Positions 51,799 through 61,863 of a DNA stretch of 64,000 bases are shown in pieces. Both the position numbers and the translations under genes were made by a program. Under the pieces are notes generated by a model. That model did not search any database, was not told the DNA's origin, and worked only from the letters and a program-made list of their open reading frames with translations. Position 1 is the stretch's first letter. Each line of letters begins with the position of its first letter. Origin of the DNA: an uncultured Clostridia bacterium (GTDB lineage: Bacteria > Bacillota > Clostridia > Oscillospirales > Acutalibacteraceae); assembly GCA_946531445.1 (NCBI GenBank), contig CAMNAP010000002.1:7887-71886 (forward strand), read 5' to 3'.

Positions 51799-52518
51799 AT
51801 GAAAAGAAAAAAGAACGCGGGACTTTCAGACGCTGTAAGCGACGGTGAATTCAGGGAAAACGCACAGCTTGCCTCACGGGATGATGAAAAGGCTTTTGAA
51901 GAATTTGAAGATAACGAAAGCGAGGATGATGAAGCAGCCCAAAAGCCCGTTTTAACCGAAAAGGAGCTTAAGGTAAGGCGAGCAAGACGGACAAAGGTTG
52001 CCGTTGCAGCGTTTGTGCTTCTTCTCGGCATAGGCGTTATGGGTAACTGGTACTATGAAAACTCAGACTTTTCCGCAGGCGTAAAGCCGATTACCTCGTC
52101 TGATACAAAAACTCTCGGCGAAGCGGAATACGTTGACGGTGCGGCACAGCAGAGCGATGATTCAAGCGGCTATTTCAGCGAGGCGAGAGTTAACCGACAG
52201 AAAACGCGCGACGAGGCGCTTGAGAAGCTTCAGGAAATCGTTGACGGCGACAGCCAGAGCAATGACGCCAAGAAGGTAGCCGCGCAGAAAATTGCCGATA
52301 TTTCGTCTTACATAGAAATTGAAAACAAAATTGAAACGCTTGTGACTGCAAAGGGCTGTGAAAACTGCCTTGCCGTTATCAGCGCAGACGGCAAGCGGGT
52401 GGACGTAATTGTAGACGTTCAGGAGCTTAGCGATACTGTAATTATGCAGGTTAAGGACATAGCTATGAAAGAGCTTGGCTGTTCGTTTAAGGATGTTACT
52501 GTTATACAGTCAAAATAA
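51799..52518 (+). CDS. spoIIIAH: Stage III sporulation protein AH
   Basis: YFSEARVNRQKTRDE, IETLVTAKG; last gene of the operon. Confidence 0.88.
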   Translation: MKRKKNAGLSDAVSDGEFRENAQLASRDDEKAFEEFEDNESEDDEAAQKPVLTEKELKVRRARRTKVAVAAFVLLLGIGVMGNWYYENSDFSAGVKPITSSDTKTLGEAEYVDGAAQQSDDSSGYFSEARVNRQKTRDEALEKLQEIVDGDSQSNDAKKVAAQKIADISSYIEIENKIETLVTAKGCENCLAVISADGKRVDVIVDVQELSDTVIMQVKDIAMKELGCSFKDVTVIQSK

Positions 52519-52521
52519 ATG

Positions 52522-52550
52522 TTGTATATTTATAATTTATATGTTATAAT
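52522..52550 (+). promoter_or_regulatory. sigmaA-type promoter for the nusB operon
   Basis: TTGTAT-17 bp-TATAAT with TG extension. Confidence 0.75.
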
Positions 52551-52592
52551 AGTCGCGAATAAAAGCGACCTTTGAAATCAGAAAACAGTAAA

Positions 52593-52622
52593 AAGGCTGA
52601 ATTTTTATTCAGCCTTATTTTT
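52593..52622 (+). terminator. Terminator-like hairpin inside the nusB 5' leader
   Basis: AAGGCTGAAT-tttt-ATTCAGCCTT-ATTTTT between the promoter and the RBS. Confidence 0.6.
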
Positions 52623-52634
52623 ATAGGTGAAATT

Positions 52635-53021
52635 ATGACGAGAAAAGAAGAAAGAGAGCAGGCTTTTACTTTAATTTTTGAAAGCCTGTTCGGAAATGAA
52701 AAATCAGACCTTACTCAGCTTTACAGCGAAAACGTTGAGGCAATAAGCGATTATGCTCTTATGCTTTTTAACGGCGTAAACGAAAAGGAGAAAGAGCTTG
52801 ATTCGGTAATCTCTAAATATTCTAAGGGCTGGAAAATCAGCAGAATATCAAAGGTTAACGTTGCTATACTCCGCCTTGCCGTTTATGAGCTGAAATATGT
52901 TGACGAGGTTCCGCAGTCGGTGTCTATCAACGAGGCGGTCGAGCTTGCAAAGAAGTACTCAAGCAAAGAGGACTCCGCGTTTATTAACGGACTTCTCGGC
53001 TCTGTTGTGAGGGAAGACTGA
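52635..53021 (+). CDS. nusB: Transcription antitermination factor NusB
   Basis: TRKEEREQAF, WKISRISKVNVAILRLAVYE, SINEAVELAKKY, FINGLLG; ATG 52635 follows AGGTGA. Confidence 0.95.
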   Translation: MTRKEEREQAFTLIFESLFGNEKSDLTQLYSENVEAISDYALMLFNGVNEKEKELDSVISKYSKGWKISRISKVNVAILRLAVYELKYVDEVPQSVSINEAVELAKKYSSKEDSAFINGLLGSVVRED

Positions 53022-53938
53022 TGTATATAGGCTTTGATACAAGCAACTATACAACCTCGTTTGCATCTTTTGACGGTAAAAATATTGTTCAGTCTAAAAA
53101 AATGCTCAGGGTTAAAAGCGGCGAGCGCGGACTCAGACAGAGCGAGGCTCTTTTTCAGCATACGGTAAATCTCCCCGAGGTTATGAGCCGAATTGAAACG
53201 AGTGATATTACTGCTGTAGGCGTGAGCGTAAGACCGAGAAACGCACAGGGCAGCTATATGCCGTGCTTTCTTGCGGGCGAGACATGTGCCGAGGCCTTTG
53301 CAAAAGCGGCGGGAGTACCGATTTATAAAACCTCGCACCAGGCCGGACATATTCTCGCGGCGCTCTACAGCTCAAACAGGCTTGACCTGATTAACGAAAA
53401 GCACATTGCCTTTCATCTCAGCGGCGGAACTACCGAAGCGCTTCTCGTTACGCCCGATAAAGACGAAATTATAAAGGCTGAAATTATAGCGCAGAGTCTT
53501 GATTTAAAGGCGGGGCAGGCGATAGACAGAGCGGGCGTTATGCTCGGGCTTGATTTTCCCTGCGGAAAGGCGCTTGATACAATGGCGCAAAAAAGCGAAA
53601 AGACATATAAGCTCAAGCCCTCAATGAAGGGGACGGACTGCTCGCTTTCAGGCGTTGAAAACAAGGCTAAGGCAATGCTTGACAGAGGCGAAGCACCGGA
53701 AGATATTTCGCGTTTTGTTTTAAGCTGTGTTTGTGAAACAGTAAGTGAAATGCTCAGGCGTATTATTGACGAACACGGAAAATATCCAGTAATATTTTCG
53801 GGAGGCGTTTCGTCTAATACTATGCTCAGAGAAAAAATAAACAGTGAATTTGAAGCGTATTTTGCACTTCCCGAATTTTCGCTTGACAATGCTGCGGGCT
53901 GTGCTGTTTACGCTTATCTGAAAGACGGAAGAATATGA
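53021..53938 (+). CDS. TsaD/Kae1-like ASKHA-fold protein (clostridial paralogue)
   Basis: GFDTSNYTTS, FQHTVNLP, SHQAGH, LSGGTTE, GQAIDRAG, GGVSSN, DNAAG. Confidence 0.8.
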   Translation: MYIGFDTSNYTTSFASFDGKNIVQSKKMLRVKSGERGLRQSEALFQHTVNLPEVMSRIETSDITAVGVSVRPRNAQGSYMPCFLAGETCAEAFAKAAGVPIYKTSHQAGHILAALYSSNRLDLINEKHIAFHLSGGTTEALLVTPDKDEIIKAEIIAQSLDLKAGQAIDRAGVMLGLDFPCGKALDTMAQKSEKTYKLKPSMKGTDCSLSGVENKAKAMLDRGEAPEDISRFVLSCVCETVSEMLRRIIDEHGKYPVIFSGGVSSNTMLREKINSEFEAYFALPEFSLDNAAGCAVYAYLKDGRI

Positions 53939-55128
53939 ATGTTTTAACCGTATCACAGGTGAATACGTATATCAAAGCGCTTATTAACGAGGTGCCGCAG
54001 ATTCGTAATATATACATCAGCGGCGAGATTTCAAACTTCAAGCACTACTATAAAAGCGGACATATGTATTTCACTCTCAAGGACGAAAAATCGCAGCTTA
54101 AATGCGTGATGTTCGCCTTTGACAATCAGAAAATAAAATTTGAGCCCGAGGACGGAATGAAGGTTATCTGCTTCGGTCAGATTGATGTGTACGAGCGCGA
54201 CGGAGTTTATCAGCTCTATGTGCGCGATATGCACCCAAAGGGAGCAGGTGCGCTGAGCGTTGCCTTTGAACAGCTTAAATTAAAGCTTGAAAAGGAGGGA
54301 CTTTTCAGCGAGGAAAACAAAAAGCCGCTTCCGCCTTATCCTAAAAAAATCGGCGTTGCAACCTCAAATATGGGCGCCGCTGTTGAAGATATAAAAAACA
54401 TACTGTCAAGGCGTTTTCCGCTTTGTGAGGTTGTAATTGTTCCGACGGTTGTTCAGGGCGAGGAAGCGCCGGGCGACATTGTAAGGTCGCTGAAGCTTCT
54501 TGACTCAATGGAAGATATTGACCTGATTATTGCCGGGCGAGGCGGCGGCTCGCTTGAGGATTTATGGGCGTTTAACACTGAAGAGGTTGCAAGGGCTGTC
54601 TTTGAGTGTAAGACTCCGATTATTTCGGCGGTAGGTCACGAGACTGATTATACAATCTGTGACTTTGTCGCTGATTTAAGAGCGCCTACGCCGAGCGCTG
54701 CGGCAGAGCTTGCCGTACCCGACAGCGAAGCGGAATTGATGAGAATTAACAGTCTTTTCATAGCGGCTGAAAAGAGCCTTGAAAGAAAGCTTGAAACCGA
54801 GGAGCAGAGAGTTGACGCGCTCTCTAATTCCTCTCCTCTTAAAAACAGGGACGCGTTTTTTGAGTCGCTTGAGAAAAATATTGAGTCAATCAGTGAAAGA
54901 ATGCTCGGCGCGTATAAAAACACAGTCATTAAAAAAGAGAGCGCCTTCAGGGCCTTCGCGGGCTCGCTTAACGCACTCAGTCCGCTTGCCGTACTGAGCA
55001 GAGGCTATTCAATTACAACTCATAATTCGCAGGTAATTAAATCGGCTTCGTCCGTTAAAAAGGGCGATAGTATTAAGATAAGGTTTTCAGACGGAGACAT
55101 TAACGCAGAGGTGACAGAAAATGAGTAA
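53935..55128 (+). CDS. xseA: Exodeoxyribonuclease VII large subunit
   Basis: GEISNF, SGHMYFTLKD, GRGGGSLEDLWAFN, AVGHETD, RAPTPSAAAE. Confidence 0.97.
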   Translation: MNVLTVSQVNTYIKALINEVPQIRNIYISGEISNFKHYYKSGHMYFTLKDEKSQLKCVMFAFDNQKIKFEPEDGMKVICFGQIDVYERDGVYQLYVRDMHPKGAGALSVAFEQLKLKLEKEGLFSEENKKPLPPYPKKIGVATSNMGAAVEDIKNILSRRFPLCEVVIVPTVVQGEEAPGDIVRSLKLLDSMEDIDLIIAGRGGGSLEDLWAFNTEEVARAVFECKTPIISAVGHETDYTICDFVADLRAPTPSAAAELAVPDSEAELMRINSLFIAAEKSLERKLETEEQRVDALSNSSPLKNRDAFFESLEKNIESISERMLGAYKNTVIKKESAFRAFAGSLNALSPLAVLSRGYSITTHNSQVIKSASSVKKGDSIKIRFSDGDINAEVTENE

Positions 55129-55306
55129 AGACATAACTTATGAGCAGGCTGTAAAACGGCTTGAGGAAATTGTTTCGGCGCTTGAGAAAAACGACGTTGC
55201 GCTTGACGAGGCTCTCGCTTTATTTGAAGAGGGAACAAAGCTCAGCAGACTTTGCACCGAAATGCTTCAAAATGCAAAACAAAAAATCACAGAAATTGAA
55301 AAGTAG
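55121..55306 (+). CDS. xseB: Exodeoxyribonuclease VII small subunit
   Basis: YEQAVKRLEEIV..LE...LDEALALFEEG. Confidence 0.95.
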   Translation: MSKDITYEQAVKRLEEIVSALEKNDVALDEALALFEEGTKLSRLCTEMLQNAKQKITEIEK

Positions 55307-55315
55307 AGGACAGCT

Positions 55316-56203
55316 ATGTACACACCTGAAATGTTGGAAAAACTTAATGAATACGTAAAAAACATAAACGTTGCTATTTCAAGCTCGCTTCCCGACGCTA
55401 CAAGCGGTCAGAAGGAGGTTGTAAAGGCAATGCGCTATTCGCTCTCGGGCGGAGGGAAAAGACTGAGACCTGTTCTTGTTCTTGAATTCTGCAGAATGTG
55501 CGGCGGAGATATAGACACGGCAATGCCGTTTGCGTGCGCGGTTGAATACATTCACACCTATTCGCTTATTCATGACGATTTGCCCTGTATGGACGACGAC
55601 AATATGAGAAGGGGAAACCCCTCGTGTCACGTTATGTTCGGTCAGGCTACGGCTCTTCTTGCGGGCGACGCGCTTCTGACTCACGCTTTTGAGCTTCTTG
55701 CTTCTGCTGAAATTCCCGATGAGAGAATTGCTCAGGCGGTTATGCTTCTTTCACAGAATGCGGGAGTAGGCGGAATGATAGGCGGTCAGGTGCTTGACCT
55801 TATGTACGAAACAAAGCTTGAGCCGAATCTCAGCGACGTTATAGACGTTTACAAAATGAAAACAGGCGCGCTTATTTCTGCCGCGTGCCTTCTCGGCTGT
55901 ATTGCGGCGGGTGCAAGCGACGAGCAGCTTGCGGCGGCTTCAAGATTTGCGTACAACCTCGGCGTTGCTTTTCAGATTCAGGACGATATTCTTGACATTG
56001 AGGGTGACGAGAATGTAATCGGCAAGCCCGTAGGCTCAGACGAAGAACAGAACAAGACTACATACGTTAAGCTAGTAGGTCTTGATAAGGCGAAGAAGGA
56101 CGTTGAGCGGCTTACTGCAAACGCAATAGCAAGCCTTGACTGTTTTGAGAATAACGAATTTACGAAGGCTCTTTCAAACTATCTTATTAACAGAAACAGC
56201 TAA
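55316..56203 (+). CDS. ispA: Geranyltranstransferase / farnesyl diphosphate synthase
   Basis: GGKRLRP, SLIHDDLPCMDDD, LAGDALL, FQIQDDILD. Confidence 0.95.
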   Translation: MYTPEMLEKLNEYVKNINVAISSSLPDATSGQKEVVKAMRYSLSGGGKRLRPVLVLEFCRMCGGDIDTAMPFACAVEYIHTYSLIHDDLPCMDDDNMRRGNPSCHVMFGQATALLAGDALLTHAFELLASAEIPDERIAQAVMLLSQNAGVGGMIGGQVLDLMYETKLEPNLSDVIDVYKMKTGALISAACLLGCIAAGASDEQLAAASRFAYNLGVAFQIQDDILDIEGDENVIGKPVGSDEEQNKTTYVKLVGLDKAKKDVERLTANAIASLDCFENNEFTKALSNYLINRNS

Positions 56204-56223
56204 TTGTATAAATAATAAATATA

Positions 56224-56252
56224 TTGCATTTTTATACACAAAGTGATAAAAT
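56224..56252 (+). promoter_or_regulatory. sigmaA-type promoter for dxs
   Basis: TTGCAT-17 bp-TAAAAT with TG extension. Confidence 0.6.
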
Positions 56253-56282
56253 ATACCAACACATATAATCAGAGGTTTTATT

Positions 56283-58124
56283 ATGTCGTATTTAGAGAAT
56301 ATAAATTCTCCTAAGGATGTAAAAAAACTGAATATTGAAGAGCTTGAGGCACTGTGCGGTGAAATCAGGGAATTTATGATTGACACCGTTTCAAAAAACG
56401 GCGGCCATCTCGCTTCTAATCTCGGAACGGTTGAGCTTACCGTTGCGCTTCACAAGGTGTTTAATTCTCCGACTGACCAGCTTGTTTTTGACGTCGGACA
56501 TCAGTGCTATACACATAAGATAATTACCGGCAGACGTGAGGTGTTTTCAACGCTCAGGCGCGAGGGCGGTATAAGCGGCTTTACGCGTCCCGTTGAAAGT
56601 AAGCACGATATTTTTTCGTCAGGTCATTCTTCTACCTCAATTTCAGCTGCGATAGGTCTTGCAAAGGCAAAATCGCTCAAGGGTGAAAAGGGTAAGGTTG
56701 TTGCCGTTATCGGCGACGGAGCGCTGACGGGCGGTCTTGCTTATGAGGCGCTGAATAATTCGGGAAATGAAAACAGCAATCTTATTGTTATTCTTAACGA
56801 CAACAATATGTCAATAGGAAAAAATGTTGGTACGGTTGCAAAGAATCTGACAACAATAAGAACCTCGCCAAAATACAACACCTTTAAAAATAAGGTGACG
56901 AGAGGGCTTGCAAAAATACCGAAGGTCGGTCAGCAGCTTATACGCTCAATAACAGCCATAAATCAGAGAATAAGAAAACGCGTTTATAAAAGCACTCTTT
57001 TTGAAGATTTGGGCTTCAGGTATTACGGACCGATTGACGGCCACGACCTTGACGCGCTTATTGACGCATTCAGAGTTGCTAAGGCGCACAACCATTCAGT
57101 TCTTATTCACGTTAACACAACAAAGGGAAAGGGCTACGATTACGCAGAGCGAAATCCCTCAAAGTTCCACGGTATAGGGGAATTCAATATTGATACGGGT
57201 GAGCCTATCCCGTCGGGAGACACGTTTTCGTCCGTATTCGGCGACTCGCTTTTATGCTTTGCCGAAAAGGATACAAGAATCTGCGCGGTAACCGCGGCGA
57301 TGGCTTCGGGAACGGGGCTGTCAAAATTCGCCGAGGAATTCCCGAGAAGATTTTTTGACGTCGGTATAGCTGAGCAGCACGCCGTAACGTTTTCGTCAGG
57401 TCTTGCAAGAAACGGAATGATACCGGTTTTTGCGGTGTATTCAACGTTTCTTCAGCGTTCGTACGACCAGCTTATACACGATGTAGCAATGCAGGGGCTA
57501 AAGGTTATTTTCTGTATTGACCGTGCGGGCTTTGTAGGCGCTGACGGCGAAAGTCACCAGGGCTTATTTGACACGGCGTATCTTATGAGCATTCCCGAGC
57601 TTACAGTATTTGCGCCGACTTACTTTGACGAGCTCAGCTCAATGATGTATCAGGCGATATATAAAGAGAAAAAGGCTGTTGCAATAAGATATCCGAGAGG
57701 CAGCGAGGGTGAAAAGCCCGAGGGCTACAGCTATGAAAAGGAAGCGTACAGCGTTTTCGGCGACGAGGACAGGGACGTTTGTATAGTAAGCTACGGACGT
57801 GAATTCAACAACTGCTACGCCGCAATGAAGGAGTGCGACAACGCTTATGTAATAAAGCTCAACAGAATTAAGCCGATTGACGAGAGCGTTGTAGAGCATC
57901 TGAAAGGCGCAAAGCGTATTCTCTTCTTTGAAGAGGGAATTAAAACCGGCGGCGTTGGCGAGGTGTTTGCTTCACTTCTTGAAGAAAACGGCGTTAATGC
58001 TTCGTTTGAGCATATCGCTGTAAACGACGAATTTGTTAAACAGGCGAGCGTGGACAAGCAGATTGAAATGTACTCGCTTGATAAAGACTCGGTAATAAAG
58101 AGGGTAAATACTTTTAATGGCTAA
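56283..58124 (+). CDS. dxs: 1-deoxy-D-xylulose-5-phosphate synthase
   Basis: GGHLASNLG, FDVGHQCY, GDGALTGG, DVGIAEQH, GADGESHQG. Confidence 0.97.
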   Translation: MSYLENINSPKDVKKLNIEELEALCGEIREFMIDTVSKNGGHLASNLGTVELTVALHKVFNSPTDQLVFDVGHQCYTHKIITGRREVFSTLRREGGISGFTRPVESKHDIFSSGHSSTSISAAIGLAKAKSLKGEKGKVVAVIGDGALTGGLAYEALNNSGNENSNLIVILNDNNMSIGKNVGTVAKNLTTIRTSPKYNTFKNKVTRGLAKIPKVGQQLIRSITAINQRIRKRVYKSTLFEDLGFRYYGPIDGHDLDALIDAFRVAKAHNHSVLIHVNTTKGKGYDYAERNPSKFHGIGEFNIDTGEPIPSGDTFSSVFGDSLLCFAEKDTRICAVTAAMASGTGLSKFAEEFPRRFFDVGIAEQHAVTFSSGLARNGMIPVFAVYSTFLQRSYDQLIHDVAMQGLKVIFCIDRAGFVGADGESHQGLFDTAYLMSIPELTVFAPTYFDELSSMMYQAIYKEKKAVAIRYPRGSEGEKPEGYSYEKEAYSVFGDEDRDVCIVSYGREFNNCYAAMKECDNAYVIKLNRIKPIDESVVEHLKGAKRILFFEEGIKTGGVGEVFASLLEENGVNASFEHIAVNDEFVKQASVDKQIEMYSLDKDSVIKRVNTFNG

Positions 58125-58926
58125 AAAAATCAGACTTGACGTTGCCGTATTTGAAAGAGGCTTTGCGCCTTCGCGGGAGAAGGCTAAGGCGATTATTATG
58201 GCAGGTCAGGTGTACGTAAACAATCAGAAGGTTGATAAAGCGGGCTTTGAGCTTAAAGAGGACGATAAGCTTGAGGTAAGAGGAAATTCGCTGAAGTACG
58301 TTTCTCGCGGAGGGCTTAAGCTTGAAAAGGCAATGCAGGTTTTCCCCGTAACGCTTGACGGAAAAATCTGCGCAGACATCGGCGCTTCAACGGGCGGTTT
58401 TACAGACTGTATGCTTCAAAACGGAGCGAAGAAGGTATACTCGGTTGACGTAGGCTACGGTCAGCTTGCGTGGAAGCTCAGATGTGACGAAAGAGTGGTT
58501 AACCTTGAGAGGACTAACTTCCGCTACTGCACAAAAGAGCAAATAAGCGACGGGCTTGACTTTGCGTCGGTTGACGTTTCGTTTATTTCTCTCTCGCATA
58601 TTCTTCCCGTGCTTCACCCGCTGCTTAAGGAAAACGGCGAGGCTGTCTGCCTTATAAAGCCGCAGTTTGAAGCGGGCAGGGAAAAGGTCGGCAAAAAGGG
58701 CGTTGTACGCGATTTAGCCGTTCACCTTGAGGTTGTTGAAAAGATTATAAAGCTTGCGCTTGATTGCGGCTACAGCGTTAAGGGGCTTGATTTTTCACCC
58801 GTAAAGGGGCCCGAGGGTAATATTGAATATCTCATTTACCTTGAAAAGTCCGACTGCCCCGAAATCAGCGGCGATATAAACGCAAATGAGCTTGTTAATA
58901 AATCACATACGGAGCTTGATAAATAA
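58117..58926 (+). CDS. tlyA: TlyA family rRNA 2'-O-methyltransferase
   Basis: [34 protein letters not shown]. Confidence 0.95.
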   Translation: MAKKIRLDVAVFERGFAPSREKAKAIIMAGQVYVNNQKVDKAGFELKEDDKLEVRGNSLKYVSRGGLKLEKAMQVFPVTLDGKICADIGASTGGFTDCMLQNGAKKVYSVDVGYGQLAWKLRCDERVVNLERTNFRYCTKEQISDGLDFASVDVSFISLSHILPVLHPLLKENGEAVCLIKPQFEAGREKVGKKGVVRDLAVHLEVVEKIIKLALDCGYSVKGLDFSPVKGPEGNIEYLIYLEKSDCPEISGDINANELVNKSHTELDK

Positions 58927-59732
58927 TGAAAATTGTTATTATTCCGAACAAAAGCAGTGAGGAGACTGCAGAGCTCGCGCTTGAGGTTGAAAAGAGGCTA
59001 AAAGCGCTCGGCGCAGAGGTTTCGTCTGATGAAAGCGAAATTGACGTATCTGACTGCGTTATCGCCGTAGGCGGCGACGGAACTACGCTAAGCATTGCAA
59101 AAAGAGCTTCGCTTGCCGGCAAGCCGACGCTTGGAATTAATGCGGGACGGCTCGGCTTTATGAGCGGAGTTGAGAAAAACGAGCTTGAGCTTTTAAGCGA
59201 GCTTACAGAGGGAAAATATAATATTGAGGAGCGTATGATGCTCAAGGCGCGCCTTGAAAGAAAAGGCAAGGTGGTAGGCGAATATCACTGCCTTAACGAC
59301 GCCGTTATTTCAAGAGGCGAATTTGCAAGGCTGATTGATATTACGGTTGAATGTGAGGGCAGACACGTTTCAGGCACAAGAGCCGACGGTATGATTGTTT
59401 CAACGCCTACCGGTTCAACGGCGTATTCAATGGCGGCGGGCGGCCCTGTAGTCAGCCCTGACACCTCGTGTTTTATAGTTACGCCGATATGCCCTCATTC
59501 GCTTGTCAACAGAAGTATTGTTTTTTCAAGCGACAAGGAGCTTGAGGTTTTCGTAAGCAGTGATTTAAGCCATAAAGCTTTTTTGTCAATTGACGGTGAA
59601 AACGCAATACCTTTTGACAGCGAGTCAAAAATTATAATTTCAAAATCGGAATATAAAGCAAAGCTTATTAAAATTAAACCGGACAATTTTTATGAAATAT
59701 TAAATTCAAAAATTCTTGAGAGGAGAAACTGA
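58926..59732 (+). CDS. nadK: NAD kinase
   Basis: [30 protein letters not shown]. Confidence 0.96.
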   Translation: MKIVIIPNKSSEETAELALEVEKRLKALGAEVSSDESEIDVSDCVIAVGGDGTTLSIAKRASLAGKPTLGINAGRLGFMSGVEKNELELLSELTEGKYNIEERMMLKARLERKGKVVGEYHCLNDAVISRGEFARLIDITVECEGRHVSGTRADGMIVSTPTGSTAYSMAAGGPVVSPDTSCFIVTPICPHSLVNRSIVFSSDKELEVFVSSDLSHKAFLSIDGENAIPFDSESKIIISKSEYKAKLIKIKPDNFYEILNSKILERRN

Positions 59733-60184
59733 TGAAAAAAAGAAGACAGGCAAAAATTCTTGAATTAATTTCTTCTAACGATATAGAAACTCAGGAGGAG
59801 CTTCAGGATTTACTTCTTGAATACGGCTTTGAGGTAACTCAGGCAACTATTTCAAGAGATATTAAGGAGCTTCGCCTTGTTAAGGATTTATCCTCAAAGG
59901 GAAGATACGTTTATTCAACGGGTAAAAAGAGAAACGACCATATCGCTTCCCGCGCGGGAGGTATTTTCAGCGAGTCAATTATAAGCATTGACTATGCTAT
60001 GAACATTATTGTAATCAAGTGCTTTGCAGGTATGGCTAACGCCGCTTGCGCCGCTATTGACTCAATGGGACACGACGAAATCCTCGGTACAATTGCGGGC
60101 GACGATACTATTTTTGTTCTGTGCAGAACTCAGGAAAGCGCTGAAAACTTTACTAACAAACTCAGGATGATGCTCAATGCTTAA
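59732..60184 (+). CDS. argR: Arginine repressor
   Basis: TQEEL, VTQATISRDIKE, GTIAGDDTI. Confidence 0.96.
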   Translation: MKKRRQAKILELISSNDIETQEELQDLLLEYGFEVTQATISRDIKELRLVKDLSSKGRYVYSTGKKRNDHIASRAGGIFSESIISIDYAMNIIVIKCFAGMANAACAAIDSMGHDEILGTIAGDDTIFVLCRTQESAENFTNKLRMMLNA

Positions 60185-61835
60185 ATCACTCAGTATTGAA
60201 AATGTTGCTGTAATTGAAAAGGCAGATATAGATTTTTCCTGCGGTCTCAACGTGCTGACGGGTGAGACAGGCGCGGGTAAATCTATAGTTGTTGATTCAA
60301 TTAACGCCGTGCTCGGCGAGCGCACTTCAAGAGAGCTTGTAAGAAGCGGAGCGGACAGCGCTGTTGTAAGAGCATATTTTGACGGTATTTCCGACGATGT
60401 AAAGGAACGTCTTGACGAGCTTGAAATACCGTACGATGAAGATAACGCGATTTTTATAACGCGAAAAATCAGTGCTTCGGGTAAATCATCCTGCAAAATT
60501 AACGGCGTTATGTGTACTGCCTCCGCGCTTCGCGATATAGGGCTTAGGCTTGTTAACATTCACGGTCAGCACGATTCTCAGGCGCTGCTCAATTCAGATT
60601 ATCATTACCGCTTTATTGATATGCTCGGCGTTGAGGGACTTGAGGAATACCGCGAGAGCTTTAAGGAGCTTATTGCAATACGACGCAGGCTTAAAGAGCT
60701 TACGCGCGACGCCGACGATAAGGACAGACAGCTTGAGCTTTTAAGCTACGAGATTAAAGAGCTTGAAGAGGCGGACATAAAGGAAGGCGAATGGGAAAGC
60801 CTTAAAGAAAGACGAAGCTTCATTTTAAATGCGCAGAATATTATCGGCGCGCTTAATTCGGCGCTCGGCGCAGTAAACGGAAGCGATGAAGCGAGCGGAA
60901 TTGAAACACAGCTTCTCACCTCTGAAAGAGCGCTTGAAGCGTATAACGACATTGACTCAGAGATTAAGGCGATATACGAAAAGCTCGGTGAGCTGGTCAA
61001 CTCAACCGAAAGCCTTAAGGATATGCTTGAAAGTAAACTTGAGAGCATAGATTACAGCGAGGCTGAGCTTGAGCAGACGGAAGCAAGGCTTGATATGTAT
61101 TACCGCTTTTCACATAAATACGGCGCAGACGAAGGCGAAATGCTACGCTACCTTGAAAACGCAAGAGAGAGAAAAAACTCTATTGTAAATTCAGACGAGG
61201 AGCTTGAAAGGCTCAACGGCGAATACGACAGCGTTTTTGAGAAAACAGTCGCTCTCGCTCAAAGGCTTTCAGACAGCAGAAAGGCCGCGGCTAAAAGGCT
61301 TGAGGAGTCTGTGTGCGAGGAACTGAAAGAGCTTGATATGCCGAAAATCCGATTTGTTTGTGATTTTCAGAGAGGCAATCTTTCATCAAGCGGATTTGAC
61401 AGGGTTGAGTTTTTAATTTCAACAAACCCGGGCGAACCGCCGAAGCCGCTTTCAAAGATTGCGTCGGGAGGCGAGCTTTCAAGAATTATGCTTGCCATTA
61501 AAACGATTATTGCCGCAAAGGATACGGTGGGTACGCTTATCTTTGACGAAATTGATTCAGGCGTCAGCGGTAAGGCAAGCAGGAAAATAGGCTATTCTCT
61601 TCAAAGAGTTTCAAAGTTTACGCAGGTTATATGCGTTACGCATTCGGCGCAGATTGCGTCTCTTGCTGATTCTCATCTTCTTATCAGCAAGCGCTTTGAG
61701 AATGAAAAGACATATACCTCGGTTGAAGAGCTCGGCTATGAAGAGAGAAAGAGAGAACTTGCGCGGATTATGGGCGGTATTGAAATTACGGATACCATTC
61801 TTAAATCGGCTGAGGAGCTTTTAAAAGGAAATTAG
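60177..61835 (+). CDS. recN: DNA repair protein RecN
   Basis: LTGETGAGKS, IHGQH, ASGGELSR, FDEIDSG, CVTH. Confidence 0.97.
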   Translation: MLKSLSIENVAVIEKADIDFSCGLNVLTGETGAGKSIVVDSINAVLGERTSRELVRSGADSAVVRAYFDGISDDVKERLDELEIPYDEDNAIFITRKISASGKSSCKINGVMCTASALRDIGLRLVNIHGQHDSQALLNSDYHYRFIDMLGVEGLEEYRESFKELIAIRRRLKELTRDADDKDRQLELLSYEIKELEEADIKEGEWESLKERRSFILNAQNIIGALNSALGAVNGSDEASGIETQLLTSERALEAYNDIDSEIKAIYEKLGELVNSTESLKDMLESKLESIDYSEAELEQTEARLDMYYRFSHKYGADEGEMLRYLENARERKNSIVNSDEELERLNGEYDSVFEKTVALAQRLSDSRKAAAKRLEESVCEELKELDMPKIRFVCDFQRGNLSSSGFDRVEFLISTNPGEPPKPLSKIASGGELSRIMLAIKTIIAAKDTVGTLIFDEIDSGVSGKASRKIGYSLQRVSKFTQVICVTHSAQIASLADSHLLISKRFENEKTYTSVEELGYEERKRELARIMGGIEITDTILKSAEELLKGN

Positions 61836-61863
61836 TAAATAACAATTTTGGAGGAAATATAAT

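Noticed and set aside
52572-52634. 21-codon TTG extension of nusB
   Set aside because: No RBS before 52572; NusB similarity starts at ATG 52635 after AGGTGA.
52519-52634. Absence of the Asp23/yqhY gene usually found between spoIIIAH and nusB
   Set aside because: Real but probably a simple relocation; no pseudogene remnant visible and it cannot be judged from this window.
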